A stretch of 64,000 bases of DNA from a virus. The translations under genes and the position numbers were made by a program. This document shows, one piece after another, positions 10,201-24,500 of this stretch. Position 1 is the stretch's first letter. Each line of letters opens with the position of its first letter. Location of the stretch: IMG/VR virus record IMGVR_UViG_3300033066_000905, positions 662 through 64,661 of that record; one strand, given 5' to 3'. The notes under the pieces are model-generated. The model saw nothing but the letters and a program-made list of their open reading frames with translations, was not told the DNA's origin and ran no database searches.

Positions 10201-13200
10201 CGGTTCCAGCAATCATTCCAGTAAACGATGACCCAGAGCCAGAGTACATTTTTGTTGATTCAATTACCCATCCGTCTGCGGCCGACGTGCCACCAATGTA
10301 CCCGGTGTCCGCCGTAATGTCCCCCTTGATTACTAAACCATTACTGTCATAACGCATATATTTTGTGCTACTGCCAATGTCCATCCTTGGACTACCGGCG
10401 TTATACTCAAGAATCCATCCTGGCTGAGTGTACACTCCAAATGTTTTTGCTGTTCCGCTGACTGTTGTATAAATTGCTCCAGTGTTAGTAATGTCTACTC
10501 CAGTAACCTGACTGGATAGTGACGTAGGCGTTCCTTGTGGAATGCCAATCAATTCTTCAATTGATGGTTCCGTGCCGTCAATCAAATCAATACGTGGCCG
10601 CGCCCACTCTGCACCAGCAAGACCGGTAGTGTCATAGTACATAAACGAACGCACGTTCAATTGTGTGTCACTGGAACGAGTGAATCTGGCGTCCTTTGTT
10701 TCAAGAATGAGGTTGCCCTGCATGTCGTAAATTCCTGAACGTCCAGTACGAGAAGCGTCGGTATCAACCCAAACACCACTGTGCGTTCCACCGACCTCTG
10801 CCCTTTCTACCATTGGACGACGAACAAGAAAGTTTGCGGTTCCGGAAGCGGAAAGATCAAAGAATCTGTACGTGCTGTCGTACCCGGCGGCGACGGAGGA
10901 AACAGGAGTACTAATACGTTTTGTTTCTCCAGGCGCCAATGTCACTGTAGTTCCGGCCACGTCACACCAGTCAATTTGTACCGTCTGTGAAGTGGCCTGA
11001 TCATTTGCAACGTCAACGGAAGCAATGTGATACTTCCACTGAAGTTTAACGGTGGAGCCGGAAGCAGAAGTTCCATTTAAAGCCTGACTTAAAGTGTAAG
11101 TGTATGGTCCGGCACCGGTTGGAGTACCAACAATTGTTGTTCCGGCAGGAATTCCTGTGCCGTACACATAAAAGTCAGCACTGGAGACATACACTGACGA
11201 TGTAATTGTTGTGTCTCCCGCAACTTTTGTTGACGCTGTTGTCATATTATAATTTAAATACGTCAAGTCTACGACTCCACGGATGCCACCACTGCCGGTT
11301 GCATTAACTCTGGTCCACGTAGCACCCTTGTACGATACACCCGCTGTAACGGTCGGTGTGAGGAGTTTTGACCACGTACTCAAATCATCTCCGCACACGC
11401 TTGAATTACCACCCAAAAGATTCATCGGTGCGGCATGGACGTGCTCAACCAAACAATACCATTTATTAATTTCCATCTGTGGATAGTCTGCGGCAAGGTT
11501 ATAAAAGTTTGTGCTGTACGCCGTCATTTGCCGATCATTAGATTCAACCTGTGGATATTGTGCAAGGATACCAAAATATCTATTGCCTGTTCCGGTACTG
11601 AACTGCCTAAAAAATGTTGAAACGCGATATTCTCTACTGCCACTGACCGCCGCCGCTGGACTGATCCATCCTCCGTCTGCATCATTGCCAACGTCATTAC
11701 TTAAAACTCGCCAAATAGTATCAGTAGATTTTAATGGACCTTGAGCAGAAACAATTGAACCGGCTTCGGCCCCACCACTGGTATTAACATTAGAAAACCC
11801 TGTAAAATCAATCGGAATAAGACTTTGACCACGAATATTTGAAGCGGAAGTTAAAGTTAAGTTTCCAACAATGTTCAGGTTTGTGCCGTCCCACGTTAAT
11901 GATTGACCAGAAGAATTACCAACAGAAAACTTGTACAGTGAACTTTCGTAGCCAAGAAAGAATCCTGTCCCGTTATTAAAAGCAGTTTGACCGCCTTTAA
12001 TCAAACCGTTTGTGCCAACGGTTAAACCACCGGTCAAGTTTCCCGAAGTGGCATTGACAACACCGGAAACAGTAAGGGTGGTTCCGTCAAACGATAGTTT
12101 GTCCTTGAGGCTAAAGTTTCCGTCACCGTCAAGATAAAATCCAGTATTTGTGTTATTGTACACTCCAGAAGAACCAGAGTAAACCTTTCCAGCAATACCG
12201 GCCGCACCAGCGACAAGGTTGATTTGTTTTGCGGCGGTGTCACCAATGCGCAGATACTTGTTTACAAGAGCAATGTCCGACGCAAACTTATCTGTAGTAA
12301 TTGCACCATCAGCAATTAATGTGCTGGGTAAAACTTCTTCAATTCGTGCATCGTTGCACTCCATGTAACCAATGGTTCCCTGATTATTTAGAATCATCAT
12401 TGGGGTAATAGTTAAACTATCGGCTTTTGTAAAAGTTAGCGTTCCAGAAATTTGTGAAGCGGCAGCAGGAGAAAAAGTTACAGTTGATCCAGAAATATTA
12501 GTCACACGAGTGCTGGCAGCAAAACCGGTTCCGGTCAGTTTTTGTCCCCGACGAATGCTAGTGTTTGGAGCAGAGATAACAACAGTTGTCGCTCCCGTTC
12601 CACCTCCACTAGAATATGCTGCGGTTGTAGAAACCGTAGGAAACATACTGGGAGTGTATGTATAGGTATACTCTGTCCATGTTGTAGGAACAGATGCAGC
12701 GGCAATACCATTGGCGGCGTCGTATGACCACATTGCCCCACCACCACCACCGCCACCGGAGAGATTTGTTGCACCATCAAACATGGCCAATCCAAGAAAT
12801 AGATACCCGTTTGCCGTTCCACTTTTTCTCACCCAATACTTGACACGATACGTTTTATTTGGATCAAGTGGTATCTTTTTGGCTGAAATAAGCCAACTCT
12901 CTCCGCCAGTATATCCCCGCGCAACATTTGGTCCGTACACTGGATCAGAAACAGTGGTAAATGTAATGGGCATAGCATTGTACAAGTACCATGCAGTATT
13001 ATCAGTGAATCCAGTGTCTTCGTTTAACGCCGCGCCTGTTCCACCGACCAACAATTTGTTTGACGTAATGCTACCAGCATTGATCCGAGCAGCGTCAATG
13101 TAACCGGCGTTAATTTTACCAGCGTTAAGATTGGCAATGGCGGTATCGCCCAAAAGATTGTCCACCCATGAACCAGTACCAGTGGCCGTGGCCTTCTTAA

Positions 13201-15436
13201 TCTTGTTGTCTTGATCGGTGACAAACCAAATGTCACCGATTTTTGTGGCAGAGGGTGGGCTGGCGTTTGCTGCATAAAAAATAGTGTTTTTGCCGTCCGC
13301 TGTGGACTGTGCCGTGGAAGCGTTCGATGTTGCCGTATTGGCCTGTGCCAGCGCTGGATCAGCGCCGACGCTCTGACTTGTTGGAGAAGTATTTACCCAT
13401 GCTGACGCGTTACCGTTGGTGTCAACAGCGCGCACGCGCGCGTAATACGCGGTACTCCATGTTGGCACAACAAAAGCGGCATTAGTGGACAGACTGCGTT
13501 GCGTTTGAATATTTGCTGGGGTACCAAAGTTGGAGTCGGTAGAAATCTGTGCCTCGTAATAGCCACCGCCAGTCGCAGGATAAAAGTCAACAACGTTTGC
13601 GGAAGCGGTCCAAGAAAACACAATAACGTTATTTTCTGGACTGGGACGAGAAGCAAATACCGGACTGGTTGGAGCGGCGGGAGGAGTACTGTCATACACT
13701 GCCGCCCTATTTTGTGTTGTGGACCATGCGCTTACGTTACCCACCTTACCAACACTGGCAACCCACCAGTTGTACGCTACGTTTACCTGACCACGAAACA
13801 CAATATTTTTGGTTGTTGCCCCAGAACTTGCTGAAATATCGTACGTGAATCCAGCGTCAGTGCTCACAGAACTTGCCCCCGCCACAACCTTTACCTTATA
13901 GCCTGTCAGATTTGTGTCAACGACTCCGGTCCAGTTGAGTGTAAACAAAACCGTTTGTCCCGTAGCGTCTTTTGTTGTTTCCGGATCGGTAACGGCGGAC
14001 GTGCTAAACCCAGCAGTAGGGGCCGCAGGAGCGGGTTCCGTACGAACCGCCGGATCAATGGGGGTGACAGCCGTTCCGGCTGCATCTTCTTTGTATCTTC
14101 CAAATACGTCGTAATGACGAATTTTTACGTATTTTTCTGTGAACGCAGCCTTTGAAATTGTTACCGGATTGTCTGTTCCCGACCACACAAGAGAGTATGT
14201 TCCGTTACTTGTGTCGGAATCATAAATTTCTGAATACGAGTATCCGTTCCATGACGGAGCAGTCCACGCAACGGAGTAACCTTTGGGAACAGCGGTAACA
14301 GTTTTTCCCGTCGGCACCGCCGTGTTGTCCGTGGCCGTGGCACTGGGAATTGCAACGCCAGAACTTTCCCTGATTCCTAATTTATCTACGCCAATAATTG
14401 TTCCACTCAGGGTGGACTTTGCTGTACCCCACCTGAATTTGTTTTCTTCTGCCGCCAAAGTGAACACGTGTGCCGTGGCACTACCTACGTTCTTTGCGGC
14501 CATTGTCCACGTCTGTGGGGTCACACCGTCAGTCAAAGTAATAATAAAATGATCTAGGTCGCTGTCGGTCGGACTTGTAAAATTAAGGGTGTACGTACTT
14601 GTGGTAAATACCGCAGAAACGTTGGTAACGTTTCCTGGTGGAACACTGTCAACAGCCAACGGATTTGTTGCCAAAGCACCTGGACGACCGGTGGCCGGAT
14701 AGGTGGTCGCACTTTCCTGACCAAAAATGTCTTTGTACGCAATTGCGTAGTACTTGGTATTTGCATAATCTGTACTGACAAGAACCGCAGTGTCGTCCGT
14801 ACCTTCCCATACCGCCGTTCCCGACCCGCCCTGATTTGCGTCGTACCGGTACAAAACTGTAGAAAGGTAATCTACCGGTTTGCTAGATTTTGCAATGCCA
14901 CTCATGTCAATAGTGTGTATTTGTGATCCTCCGGTGGCGACCAGTGTTCCGGTCGGACTCACGGGTAGCCCATTGGTTCCAGAAGTGACCACTCCAGAAG
15001 AAACGTTACCACTCGTGTCTCGTGATTGAACTTTTACCCATAGAGTAGCGTATGGCCACCTTCGGTTTGTCCCCTGCTCCAATCTTGTCCCAAGGTCGCG
15101 CATACTAACGTCCACAGGAACTTCAATTGTTGGCGTGGCAGTGTAGTAAACTTTATTTACAGAAAAAGAAGAGTCGATTCCAACAGTTACTTTAAAGTCA
15201 CGAAAATCACCGGCCTGACGCGGAATTGTGTCACTCCAATAAGCAATAAAAGTTGTTCCATCAAAGTTTGTTGTTAGTGTTGACGGATCAACGTCTGGAG
15301 GAGGGAAAGTATCACTGGGTGTAGTGTAAGTAAAAACTTCCGACCATTCACTATTTTCTAAATCGCCAACGGCACGAACTTGAATGTTGTAGGTTTTGCC
15401 AGAGCCAAGCCCGGTAAGTTTCAGTTTTTCTGTCAC
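7232..15436 (-). CDS. Very large minor tail / tail fibre protein (fibronectin-III repeats, carbohydrate-binding-like domains, Gly-rich beta segments)
   Basis: 2734 aa. FN3 signatures ([26 protein letters not shown]), TADGKNTIF, repeated IGGW motifs; position in the tail module. Confidence 0.85.
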   Translation of the reverse strand: MTEKLKLTGLGSGKTYNIQVRAVGDLENSEWSEVFTYTTPSDTFPPPDVDPSTLTTNFDGTTFIAYWSDTIPRQAGDFRDFKVTVGIDSSFSVNKVYYTATPTIEVPVDVSMRDLGTRLEQGTNRRWPYATLWVKVQSRDTSGNVSSGVVTSGTNGLPVSPTGTLVATGGSQIHTIDMSGIAKSSKPVDYLSTVLYRYDANQGGSGTAVWEGTDDTAVLVSTDYANTKYYAIAYKDIFGQESATTYPATGRPGALATNPLAVDSVPPGNVTNVSAVFTTSTYTLNFTSPTDSDLDHFIITLTDGVTPQTWTMAAKNVGSATAHVFTLAAEENKFRWGTAKSTLSGTIIGVDKLGIRESSGVAIPSATATDNTAVPTGKTVTAVPKGYSVAWTAPSWNGYSYSEIYDSDTSNGTYSLVWSGTDNPVTISKAAFTEKYVKIRHYDVFGRYKEDAAGTAVTPIDPAVRTEPAPAAPTAGFSTSAVTDPETTKDATGQTVLFTLNWTGVVDTNLTGYKVKVVAGASSVSTDAGFTYDISASSGATTKNIVFRGQVNVAYNWWVASVGKVGNVSAWSTTQNRAAVYDSTPPAAPTSPVFASRPSPENNVIVFSWTASANVVDFYPATGGGYYEAQISTDSNFGTPANIQTQRSLSTNAAFVVPTWSTAYYARVRAVDTNGNASAWVNTSPTSQSVGADPALAQANTATSNASTAQSTADGKNTIFYAANASPPSATKIGDIWFVTDQDNKIKKATATGTGSWVDNLLGDTAIANLNAGKINAGYIDAARINAGSITSNKLLVGGTGAALNEDTGFTDNTAWYLYNAMPITFTTVSDPVYGPNVARGYTGGESWLISAKKIPLDPNKTYRVKYWVRKSGTANGYLFLGLAMFDGATNLSGGGGGGGAMWSYDAANGIAAASVPTTWTEYTYTYTPSMFPTVSTTAAYSSGGGTGATTVVISAPNTSIRRGQKLTGTGFAASTRVTNISGSTVTFSPAAASQISGTLTFTKADSLTITPMMILNNQGTIGYMECNDARIEEVLPSTLIADGAITTDKFASDIALVNKYLRIGDTAAKQINLVAGAAGIAGKVYSGSSGVYNNTNTGFYLDGDGNFSLKDKLSFDGTTLTVSGVVNATSGNLTGGLTVGTNGLIKGGQTAFNNGTGFFLGYESSLYKFSVGNSSGQSLTWDGTNLNIVGNLTLTSASNIRGQSLIPIDFTGFSNVNTSGGAEAGSIVSAQGPLKSTDTIWRVLSNDVGNDADGGWISPAAAVSGSREYRVSTFFRQFSTGTGNRYFGILAQYPQVESNDRQMTAYSTNFYNLAADYPQMEINKWYCLVEHVHAAPMNLLGGNSSVCGDDLSTWSKLLTPTVTAGVSYKGATWTRVNATGSGGIRGVVDLTYLNYNMTTASTKVAGDTTITSSVYVSSADFYVYGTGIPAGTTIVGTPTGAGPYTYTLSQALNGTSASGSTVKLQWKYHIASVDVANDQATSQTVQIDWCDVAGTTVTLAPGETKRISTPVSSVAAGYDSTYRFFDLSASGTANFLVRRPMVERAEVGGTHSGVWVDTDASRTGRSGIYDMQGNLILETKDARFTRSSDTQLNVRSFMYYDTTGLAGAEWARPRIDLIDGTEPSIEELIGIPQGTPTSLSSQVTGVDITNTGAIYTTVSGTAKTFGVYTQPGWILEYNAGSPRMDIGSSTKYMRYDSNGLVIKGDITADTGYIGGTSAADGWVIESTKMYSGSGSSFTGMIAGTGNSFFAGASDKSATNAKFLVTAAGSITATSGTVGGINLASTKMYLSSGSGTYNNSNTTFYVDTSGKFSLGDQFYWDGAGALTLRGTITATGGKFTGSVQVDTGGYLYAGSSPTTGSRVTVSNLGIGGYNADEQQTFYLLSATGIGGIGGWRFDNNKMYAGGASGKYTGISAPAIVTGTISGTELTVSAVTSGSLAVGQTLSGSGVTAGTKITAFGTGKGGTGKYTITPSQTVSSPTTITADSISFYAGGTVADGSGTNAFEVTSAGAIKSTSGVIGGWTLGATQLYAGAGAGTFTSLSATTSGTTFFAGADDANGTNSKTSVTAAGALVSSSATILGDIYADNGTIQNTMNVASRNILGLNHATAYNQATTGFAGWNGAAVNKPIQGLTTQFGIADGFGWKSFKITKAATQGTGNTTSVVWGVKGGKAYTAMAYFYVPASTPGVVTGSIAGTTLTVTGYTSGTLYIGQTITGTGVTANTKITGFLLDEAGTGPALGQKGTYTVDKSQTVSSTTITGAYAAQESIDARVIISPFQGGRFMITISGSTMTVYSNLTGGTIPIGATVWTGTTATVSSLGSVVSGRQTYNLSGSPGNLTTPTEVEINLRMTPSYYADTVLGTSGYKTVTSTDGWVKVYYTIPAMPADANGASVIVADNRASPTAGQEFLVDALGLWEGYSRTWTPPQANAGLIVGGSKYVSATEASYGYRGPRIGIESSSSFDSSSVAALGYGGGETNNSTYLNITGQDWPKINFYTGSTKINATPAMIQAVNAGSFAVAFFHGPSLGITNMTGAGPFATTVRQAYLQFTQTPAVTTEISATAAIPAAAEDQAAGYCISTFDTFADATTITFTDSDLLKASNGHSRGKFRVQGNSGADYIRIEGNQGWKDLGWYNSWANADSIGYGMQYKIMPDLTVRIRGMGKHATTSTTGRVCDILPVEARPPYQVTWIARTALGNALCTITTAGVIQVDGYGAGGNAVNVDFSQVSFAIG

Positions 15437-17571
15437 AGGTTAATCTCCAACCTGTACTCAACGTCAAGAGTGTTTTTTGGCTCCTTAAAGATGGGGGTGG
15501 ACGGAATTGAACGAGAAATTAAAGCATAATCGGGATTGTTTGCGTCGGAATCAAACACGCGCAGACCGTCAAGAATAATCTTACCTTGTGCCTCTACTTT
15601 TTGAATGTCCGGCGCGTACCACGTCGTGTCAGTTCCCTGCCAAAAGCCCACACGATCAAAATAGAACACTTCTCCCGCCGCAGCCGCACCAATAACTCGC
15701 GGAACAATCCACGCTACCGTCGCGGTTGCCGGTGCAACTCCAGTAGTACTAACTGTTGTCCATGAGGTTGTTGATGTTGCAGTAGATGTTCCATTAGTAG
15801 GGGTCAGGGCAACTCCACCGTTATACCAATAAATATCAATATAAACATTTCTTGCTACGGATGCCGCAAGATACGATCCGACAACGGTGTACGTGGTTCC
15901 AACAGTGACAGGAAACGATGTGGGAGACCAAAACGCTAAGTTTCCAGAAGCATTAGATGTAATTACTAGCGATTGAGTACCCTCAAGTGCTGTTGCTCCA
16001 ACGGTCAAGTCACACTTTGTTGTTGTTCCCCAGCCAGCATTGCTAATTTCAATTGTTGCAGAATTACCAGATAAAACGTTGCCTGGAGAAAATGATGTTA
16101 AGGCAGTCAGAGCCAGACCAGTTTGTGACGTTGCGTTGTCGTAAATAATTGTTGATCCGGTTGTCCCATATTTTGCAATTGCTGCGGTGGCGTTAAAGCC
16201 TTCAATGTTTGATGAGCCGTGAAAACCCGACACCCCAATGTATTTGCCAGCGGACATTCCGTGTGCAACGTTTGTTGTGATTCGCGCCACCATGCTACCG
16301 GCCATAACGACTTGGGTTCCCACCGACCCGGTGGTTTGTGATTTGTCCACGACGTACGTTCCGGTGGAACCGGCGCTGCCGGTTGACTGACTAACAATTG
16401 TTGTTCCACTCGTTACTCCGTTTCCCGTAAGAATTTGTCCTGGGCTAAGAGTTCCGGACCCTACCGCACTCACCGTCAAAGTGGTCGCTGAAATGTATCC
16501 CGTGAAAGACGACGACACACGATCAACGGCACTGATACCGAATCCTTGAGCAACAATGGTGCTACTGTCGTTTACTGTGGACGCACCGCCGCCCTGGTAG
16601 TATCGAATGGTAGTACTTGTCGGAACGTCAAGTACTGTGTACGTTCCGCTGAACGTAGGGTTGGTGGAACTTGTAAAAGAAATTGTGTCCCCGACAGCAA
16701 ATCCGTGCGCTGCGGAAGTTGTTGCGGTTACGTATCCACTGGCGTCACGAACGAGCGCATTTGTCCCGTTGAGAGTCTTGGAGTTTTGTGACGTTGCGGT
16801 TGTCATTCCAACGGACACCTTGTCCACGGCGCCCCAATTGAATTCTGGAGAAGACATGTCACCCTTGCGAACAGTCAATACCTGATACGGCAAAGCACTG
16901 TTGTAGGTCACTGTCCAAGAATACGAAACGGACGTTCCGTCATCGTCAATCAGAGTCAATGTGACACCGGTCACGTCGCTACTGTACGTTCCAATCGCCA
17001 AACCAATGGTGTCAAGTGAGGAGTAGCCGGACAAATCAATGTTGGCAAAATCCAAAGTGTACGTGTAGGTGGAGCCATTGGTGTCATTCACTAAGGCAAG
17101 TGAGGTGTCTCCGATTGCATTAATTGTCCCCGCCGCCAAATCTACCGCTGTCGGGGAGGACGCGTTGGTGTCGTACGTCCACGCTTCATCAGAATCAAAA
17201 GTTGTCAAAACTCTGCCAGTGTAGGGACCGGATGCCGGATTATTAACGTAGGAAAATAGGCCAATCTCACGAATGTTCATTGCCAACTCGGTCGGGAACG
17301 TCGCCTTAAAAACCAAGTACTTGTGGCTGGGATCAGTGTAATCAACGCTGCCCAAAGAAATTTCTGAACGCACGTATTCGTAGCCCATGTCAGTGTCACT
17401 TACGGAGGCGGCTGAGTTGCTGTTTGTTCCAAGACTAATGGACTTTGCAAAATTGGGGACAATTCCGGCAAGGTACCGCATGATTACATTTTTTCCGGCG
17501 GTCGTGATGACGTTTTCTGACTCTGCTACTGGTTCACCGTCAATGTAAAAAGTGTACTTTCCTTTCATCAC
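15433..17571 (-). CDS. Minor tail protein with inserted beta/CBM-like modules
   Basis: ENVITTAGK...IREIGLF N-terminus and [11 protein letters not shown]-terminus flanking Thr/Ser/Gly-rich inserts. Confidence 0.75.
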   Translation of the reverse strand: MMKGKYTFYIDGEPVAESENVITTAGKNVIMRYLAGIVPNFAKSISLGTNSNSAASVSDTDMGYEYVRSEISLGSVDYTDPSHKYLVFKATFPTELAMNIREIGLFSYVNNPASGPYTGRVLTTFDSDEAWTYDTNASSPTAVDLAAGTINAIGDTSLALVNDTNGSTYTYTLDFANIDLSGYSSLDTIGLAIGTYSSDVTGVTLTLIDDDGTSVSYSWTVTYNSALPYQVLTVRKGDMSSPEFNWGAVDKVSVGMTTATSQNSKTLNGTNALVRDASGYVTATTSAAHGFAVGDTISFTSSTNPTFSGTYTVLDVPTSTTIRYYQGGGASTVNDSSTIVAQGFGISAVDRVSSSFTGYISATTLTVSAVGSGTLSPGQILTGNGVTSGTTIVSQSTGSAGSTGTYVVDKSQTTGSVGTQVVMAGSMVARITTNVAHGMSAGKYIGVSGFHGSSNIEGFNATAAIAKYGTTGSTIIYDNATSQTGLALTALTSFSPGNVLSGNSATIEISNAGWGTTTKCDLTVGATALEGTQSLVITSNASGNLAFWSPTSFPVTVGTTYTVVGSYLAASVARNVYIDIYWYNGGVALTPTNGTSTATSTTSWTTVSTTGVAPATATVAWIVPRVIGAAAAGEVFYFDRVGFWQGTDTTWYAPDIQKVEAQGKIILDGLRVFDSDANNPDYALISRSIPSTPIFKEPKNTLDVEYRLEINL

Positions 17572-17921
17572 AAGTATCTAACCTCGTAACTTGTTGCCCC
17601 TTCGACCGGCTCAATTTCAAATTCAACGTCAACGCTAATGCTGCCGTCACTTAGTTCGTGTACGGTTGTTGTAAAAGTTTCTGCAATAATTTTTGGAGAT
17701 TTAAACGTGACGGTTTCCTGCTCCTCAACACCGTCACTTTCATCTTCGGCGGCGGCAGTCTCGGTAAATGATTGACTAGAAATCTCCGTGGACTCAACAA
17801 GATTCCCGTCCTCGTCCAGGGTGTAGCCAAACTTCCGGTAAACAACTTTGTAATTGTCCGGAAAATCTGAAACATCAACGTCATCATCAACATAAACGAC
17901 TGGATGCGGGTCTTGTTGCAT
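17568..17921 (-). CDS. Acidic hypothetical tail-module protein
   Basis: 117 aa; TAAAAT-6nt-ATG leaderless start; ends [11 protein letters not shown]. Confidence 0.65.
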   Translation of the reverse strand: MQQDPHPVVYVDDDVDVSDFPDNYKVVYRKFGYTLDEDGNLVESTEISSQSFTETAAAEDESDGVEEQETVTFKSPKIIAETFTTTVHELSDGSISVDVEFEIEPVEGATSYEVRYL

Positions 17922-17952
17922 ACGTCAATTTTATCCTGAACTCAGGGAAAAA

Positions 17953-18501
17953 TCAAATCTCGTACGCTTTGATGGTTGTTTCGAGTCCGTTGTTCCAATT
18001 TTGTGTCACGGCGTAAACAATAAATCGTTCGTTTCCATTCAATCCCAATTCACCATGCTGTACGGTAACAACGTCGGCAACCTCAATCAGAGGGTTGCCA
18101 ACAATCTGCACGTTCAGTTCTTTCTTTTCGTTTTCCATGCGAGCGACGGCAAAGTTTAGAATTTTCATTGCCCCGAGCCTGTTCTGAATCCAATCTGAAT
18201 TAAACTCAATTACGTCGGACACATTGTTTACGGAAGTAATGTTTTGTTCCACTTTTGCTTCCGGCCCCTCGTGCAAAACCTGCCCAAAAATGCGGAACGA
18301 CTGATCCTCGCTGCCTGCGGTGCCACCGATCAACTGGCGAATGTCAAGTTTGTTTCTAATCCTAAACTTGGCGCCAAACGGGGTGGTGGTGACCTTATCT
18401 ACGTACAGGTTTTTGTTTCCAATAAAAAATTGTTGTGTAAAAGCAGGATACTTGTAGTCAAAGCGTACTTCGTAGTCTCGTAACTCTCTAGCGTAAGCCA
18501 T
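17953..18501 (-). CDS. Minor tail/baseplate hub C-terminal-like protein
   Basis: SDWIQ...GNPLIEVADVVTV pattern typical of tail hub C-termini; TAATG-coupled to the upstream gene. Confidence 0.7.
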   Translation of the reverse strand: MAYARELRDYEVRFDYKYPAFTQQFFIGNKNLYVDKVTTTPFGAKFRIRNKLDIRQLIGGTAGSEDQSFRIFGQVLHEGPEAKVEQNITSVNNVSDVIEFNSDWIQNRLGAMKILNFAVARMENEKKELNVQIVGNPLIEVADVVTVQHGELGLNGNERFIVYAVTQNWNNGLETTIKAYEI

Positions 18502-21500
18502 TACTTAAAGTCCTTCCTGTCCACCGTCGCCTTGTAGTCCCTGGTTTGAATCGTCAGGTAATCCTTCAAACTTTGATCCGGAGTGTCCTTAATGACTTTA
18601 CCACGGTTGGCAATGATGCTCTGATTAATCTTAGCCTCTAGTTGCGCGTCTGTCAATTTCAGTTTCTTTTGCTGAGACTTCCACACCGCACGAATTTGAT
18701 CGGCCTTGTAATTCATTGCCTCTTCCAAACCCTGAGCAGGATCGTACCATTTTGGCCGCGCGCCTTCCGAAGCAATGGCATAAATTGCCGGAACCGTAAT
18801 GCCAGTGTAAGGTCCGGTAGCGACGGTAATGCCTGGATCGTAACGAATCTTTGCCACGGTCTTTGTGTCAGCAAACACCGCAATCAACTGACGGTTCAGA
18901 TACAATTCAAAACGGCGCTCAACCCAGTTCACGGCATAGATTAGCACCTCTAGACGGTGTTGCCTTGTCAGGAACCATTCACGAGTCAAACCTTTTAGGT
19001 CACTCTTCCACACCACCGTCATTGGAGTAACAAGACCCTTGGCTTTTACCTTTGCTCCCGGCGCACCGTCAGGGATTGTGTTGTATGACGACGTTGCGTA
19101 CACGGACATTTGATTCTTTTCATTAAAAACAATACCAAAGTTGTACGACTGGTCTAGCGTAAAGTACGCGCCCAGAGTGATTGGCTTCCACAGTCCAATG
19201 GAAGACTTGGGCAAAGAGTTGACAACAAAGGCGCAGCCGCAATGATTGTATTCCTTTTTGATCTTACTCTTGTAGTAAGCCGCCTCCCCGTCTTTGTCGG
19301 GCAACAGGTTTTTGCCTGGAGGAATAGGAGCAAACGAAATATTTTTCGGTTGAATGATGGTGTTCTTAATTCCCTCGTACTGATCCTGAACGTTCCAAAT
19401 CTGCATTGACGCGCCACTCTTCAACTGTCCTTCACCAGTGAACAATGGAGCGACGTTGTTGTTTGCCTCCCTTAAGCGAGCCAAATCGTCGGCGTTCTTT
19501 AACAAAACTTCTTTAGCCACGTACCCGCCAGTGACGTGCGCCTTAGCGTACAAACCCACGTATTCGTACACTGTACCGTCAAATTCAAACGAGCCGGACA
19601 GATTTTTAATTGGGCCAATGGGGTCGCTCTTTTCATTTTCTGACCCGGCCTTTCCTCCAATGTCAGTAATCTTTTGTGTCTCGTTCATGTACTTTGGATT
19701 GTACATAAAGCGACCGTTCTTAAAACCAAGAAACTCTAGGATGCTCAGTGCGTCGTTTTGAATTGAATACAGGTCAGTGTTTTTACCCACGTCCTTGTTG
19801 CGGGCGGTGGCCTTTTCTCCGTACTGTTGCAAAGCCTTGTACTTGACGGTGACTTTGGACGCCCTGTCCATGTTTGCCAAATCGGCATTGATAACCTCGT
19901 CGTACTTTGTTTCGGGCATTGTGTCGTCGGCATAAAACGCTTCGTCATCATAGATGTACAAACTGTCAGAGTCAGTGCCGTTTGCGACGGCGTACTTCAA
20001 TTGATGCGTAGACTTGGAAGCAATAAAATCAACCTGAAAATCCACCCAGGCGTCTCTCAGAGTAATGTTCGACGCCGTTGATTTTGTGATCGTTGCGTCA
20101 GTGGTTGGATTGACAGTGTACGTCGCCGTGTTGCTACTGGGAATGTACAGTTTTCCACGGAACGTGTACTTGCGGCCAATGTGCAAATTAGTGACTTCGT
20201 AGCCAAAGTCTGTGCTGGACCATCCAAGCGTTCCGGCGGCGTCATTTGAATTGGTCACAGACCCTCCTGGGCCGTTGTAATACATCAGATAGCCGTCGCC
20301 GTACGTTGCCGTTCCAGTTGTCAACGTGTACAGGCCGTTAAACTGTGAAGCAATGTTACTCACGTAGATTTTGTCGTTTGTTGTGGGGGGCGAACCCTGG
20401 TCGTCTTGGGCAGGGAAAACACCAAGAGTGACGTTGTACGTTCCCGAATTGTTGACCGACTGATACGTGTTGACATAAAACTCTGCCTGCTGTTTTACCA
20501 GAGTACACATGGGCTTGCGTTCCAGCAAATCCTCGTCAATGTTGCTGGTGGTCGGTAGCGTCTGATTTGTCCAGGCGTTGATTGCACGGCTCCTGCGGAA
20601 CGTTTTAATTTCTGAACGGTCAACGATGCGGTCGTTGTTAATGTTTGACCCCATGATTTGATAGTCCACTCGCCTGCCGAATCCAATATTTTTGGCCGTC
20701 GCGGCGGTGTTCCACAAACTTGCACTACTGGCGTCCACCGGCAAACCCGAGGGATGGCTGGTGATCAGCGTCAAGATTTTGTTTGTCTTGTCAATTGCAG
20801 AAATGTACGACGGGTAACTGATGTATTCTCCGTACACTTCGGTTCCCACCGTTAGCCCTTCAATGTTTGAGGCGTAATTCATTGTGATTGTTGTGGGGCT
20901 TGTGTAGAACCCGAGCAGTTTTTGTTCTTCCGCGTAAATGTAACCGGGAGAAATTATTTGCAGCCGCCCAATTTCATCAAAATACATTGACATTTGGTTT
21001 GCTTCGGCAATGTCTTGAAGAATCTGCCACGGTGTGTCGTCTTTCTTTGACCAAATAAAATCAATCGGAATCAAGTCATTCTTAGTTTTAAAAACATAGT
21101 TTCCAAACCCAAGAGAATCCAGCAGCGCTTGCAACGCAGTTTCCATGGGGATCGCTTTGCCATTTTCTGTCATGTCGTAATGAACAAAATCGCGGCACTT
21201 CATATTTTGCAACACGCCGGACTTGTCAATTAGATCAATTCCAGCGCTTTCTCTTCCGGCAGATTTCCAGCCACCGACAAGCATTGTTCCAAGTTTAACC
21301 TTAGTAACAAATGATTCGGCGTTAAAAGTATTCTTGTTAACAAATCCGGTGGCGGCAGAATATGGAACGTCAGATGCGGTTGATCCGTACATGATGGTGG
21401 TGGAGTTGGGAGTACTAGCAACTCTGAAAGCGCCGTCAAACGCAGTTCCTACTCCCTGAACAAATATTTGATCTCCCGTAGTTAAATTGTGTGCGACCGA

Positions 21501-24500
21501 TGTTGTCAAGGCGGCGACGTTTGAAGTTAGCGCCTTTTGCTTGACGGCAAACTGCGTTCCGGTTCCCGTGGTGTAATTCATGTAAAGATGCACCACAGCA
21601 TTCTTAACAAACATTCCGTAGAACGGACTGCTAACATTATTAATATCAAACAGCCCAGTGTCGTTGATTAGACTTACCGACCCGGTGTTGGTGGACGATC
21701 TTCCTACAGGAGCAACCTTGGACGAATCTCCCAATTCTTTTGAAACGTCGAATGATTCAGTGTAGTCCGTAAGATCGGCAGAGAACCTGGCCGACAGTTC
21801 AGTCAGTGTTGCGTAAGCGCCGTCGTCCGTCATTCTGTCAATAATGAGACGAACCGCGTCAAACGTCAGCGCGTTGGGGTTGTCCTTGGGATGAAAATGC
21901 GACGGCGTTGTTGTCCACGTTCCATTGTTGTTGTAAATTGCCAAGCCAAAGTTATTGTTGTAGTCACTGCCGTTGTAGTCCGGCTCCGTTTCGGACGACA
22001 GTGCTCCCGTGTGCGTGTAAATTGTTGACCAACTGCCACGATTCTTTACCTGCACGACAAACGAGTACGGAGTTCCGTAGGTCGTGTCAAACTTTGCAAC
22101 AATTTTGTTTGCCGTGATTGACTTGTCTTTGTGCGCGTAGCCGGTGTTGTCATCAGGATCAATTGGGTAGGGCTTTGGGTTTGACAAAGTACCCGCCAAA
22201 CAAACCGTTTGAGACATTCCAGAAGCAACAACAAGTTTTGTTAGTTTTCCAAGAACCCCGTCAGGATCGTGACTGATTTGCAAGACTTTCTTTGACCCGT
22301 CAACGGCCGGATGAATGTTATCAAAAGAAACGTAGTCCCCCACCTTGAGACCGGCCAAGTCGTTTTCTAGCCAAACTTCCAACTTTTTGCCGATCTGACG
22401 AATTTTGGTTACCTCAACGGCCCCCTGGTAATATTGAACCATTGGTTGAGCGTACGGCAGCATGTGATACGTAGCATTTTTGTCTGTGTAAATTTGGCTT
22501 GTGTTGTTATTTTCAACAAAGATTTGTGGACTCGCGTCGTCCTGCCAAGCGGAAACAATTGCGGCGTAGTTGAGTTTCAACTTGGTGTTTGTTGTTCCTG
22601 TGTTGTTCAAAAGAATGACACGACTCACCATTAGATTAGAGTTGAGGCCGGTCAAAGAAATGTGACTGGCAGCGCTGGAACCCTGCAAAGAATTGCCCCA
22701 GATGTACCCCCACATGGAATTGGTTCGTGAAGTTGTAACGTTGATTCCAACCAGCCCAGAACCAATCACAATGGTGTTTGCCATGATTGCGTACTGGTCA
22801 ACGTCAGACAACAAGATTCCGGTGTGTGCCGCTGTAATGTTGTTATTGTTAATTTTGATGTTTTTGTGACTGGCAATCAAAGAATCTTGCAGCACCGTTG
22901 ACGTTACTCCGTACGTTGAAGCCAGAGTGTTTCCGTTGATTTGAATGGTGTCACACGCGTCATAGTCCAATTCGTTTGCGTGATTACGAATTTCAACGGC
23001 GGACGATGTTTGTCCGGACACGGCGGTGGAAATTGTGCATCCCACGACCCTAATGTTTTTACAACCGTCAATCGCTACACCAGAGTCATTTGAGAAAGCA
23101 TTAATGGTAGCAAACACTACACAACCATTGGTAAAGTTGCTAAACCTAATTCCCGCCCGCGTTTTTCCTGTGGCTCCATTACAGTTCCACGTGCCACCAA
23201 CAATCGTCACGTTCTGCCTGTCTTTCAACACACCGGGATCGCCAATTTGCATCATCCAACGATTGTTCATCTGTGAACCAGTGGTAGCGGTCAAGGTTCT
23301 TCCAACAAAATTCAACGTAAAATTCTTTGGCGGGACAACAATGGTGTTTGTCACTGAAATGTTTCTGGAGTATTCAATGGACATTCCGCCACGTCCGGCC
23401 CAATAAGCCAACTCATTGTTTACCGCAACGCTGGTAATTGCCTTGGACACGTGTACGGGCGCGCACGTGACAGTTTTAGAAAACGCCATGGTGTTCGCTT
23501 TGCGCCCACCCAGTGTCGGGGGAGCCATGTTTGTCAAACTAATAGCAATAGCGCCAGGGAAATGAACCTCAAAGCGCGCGTTCTTCTTCAATGTGGTGGC
23601 ACCGTAAGGAACGGCGTCCTTGACAATCACCTGAATGAACTTGTACCCATTAATCTTGACAAGTTTTGGATTTTCTTTAATCTTGGACGACCACGTTGTT
23701 CCATAAGAAATGGTCAGCCCCTTCTTGAACAAATGATGATTCCATGCGGCAAAGTACAGAGTGCGCTTGTTGTTCTTTGTCAAAGACGTAGAAATCGGCA
23801 ACTGTGTGTAAAACGAGATGGGACGGTCCTTAGAAAACTCATTGATCACATAGTTGGCCACCTTGAGAGTTTTTGTGCTGCCGTTCAAAGCGCCTTCGTC
23901 AAGGACACCGACCTTTTTGTCAGGTTCCCGCCAAACCTTCGGTAACGGGTCAGTAAATAAAAGCCACCCCGAAGTACCAGAATCATTTATCCACATGCCC
24001 TGGGCCTCACGATTGTACTCTGAGCCGCCTCCACGAGGCGCCGGTACGTCAATATTCTTCGCCGGAATCCACGGGCTAGTCAAAACGCTGCCAGCGGTGA
24101 CCTTGTACGACGGCTTTGGGGAAGACCAAATCTTCAATCCGTCCTTGTCATCAACGGCGGGATAAAACTTTTGCAAAGGAAGACGCCAAGGATTTGAATG
24201 CATTTTGGGGGCGTACGTTTCGTTCGCCACCGCCTTCAACACAGAAATTCCGTCCAGTTCACGCCACGGTTTAGCAAACGACTCAGCGTACTGAATGTCC
24301 TGCTTCGCTGCCTTGCGCTCTGCCAGACTGTACAAACTTGAATACAAATCGTTTCCGCCAGCAAGATCGTTAATACCGCGACCAGAATTTACAACATTGT
24401 GATTCCACTCACAAATAATCTGTGGGGAGGCATCAGAAACCACGGCATTGTTGCCAATTGCCGCATTGACCCGTGACGCCACGGCAGCGCTGTCACTTCT

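Noticed and set aside
7232-15436. Diversity-generating retroelement target
   Set aside because: No reverse transcriptase, and no near-identical TR/VR pair differing at adenines was seen in the window.
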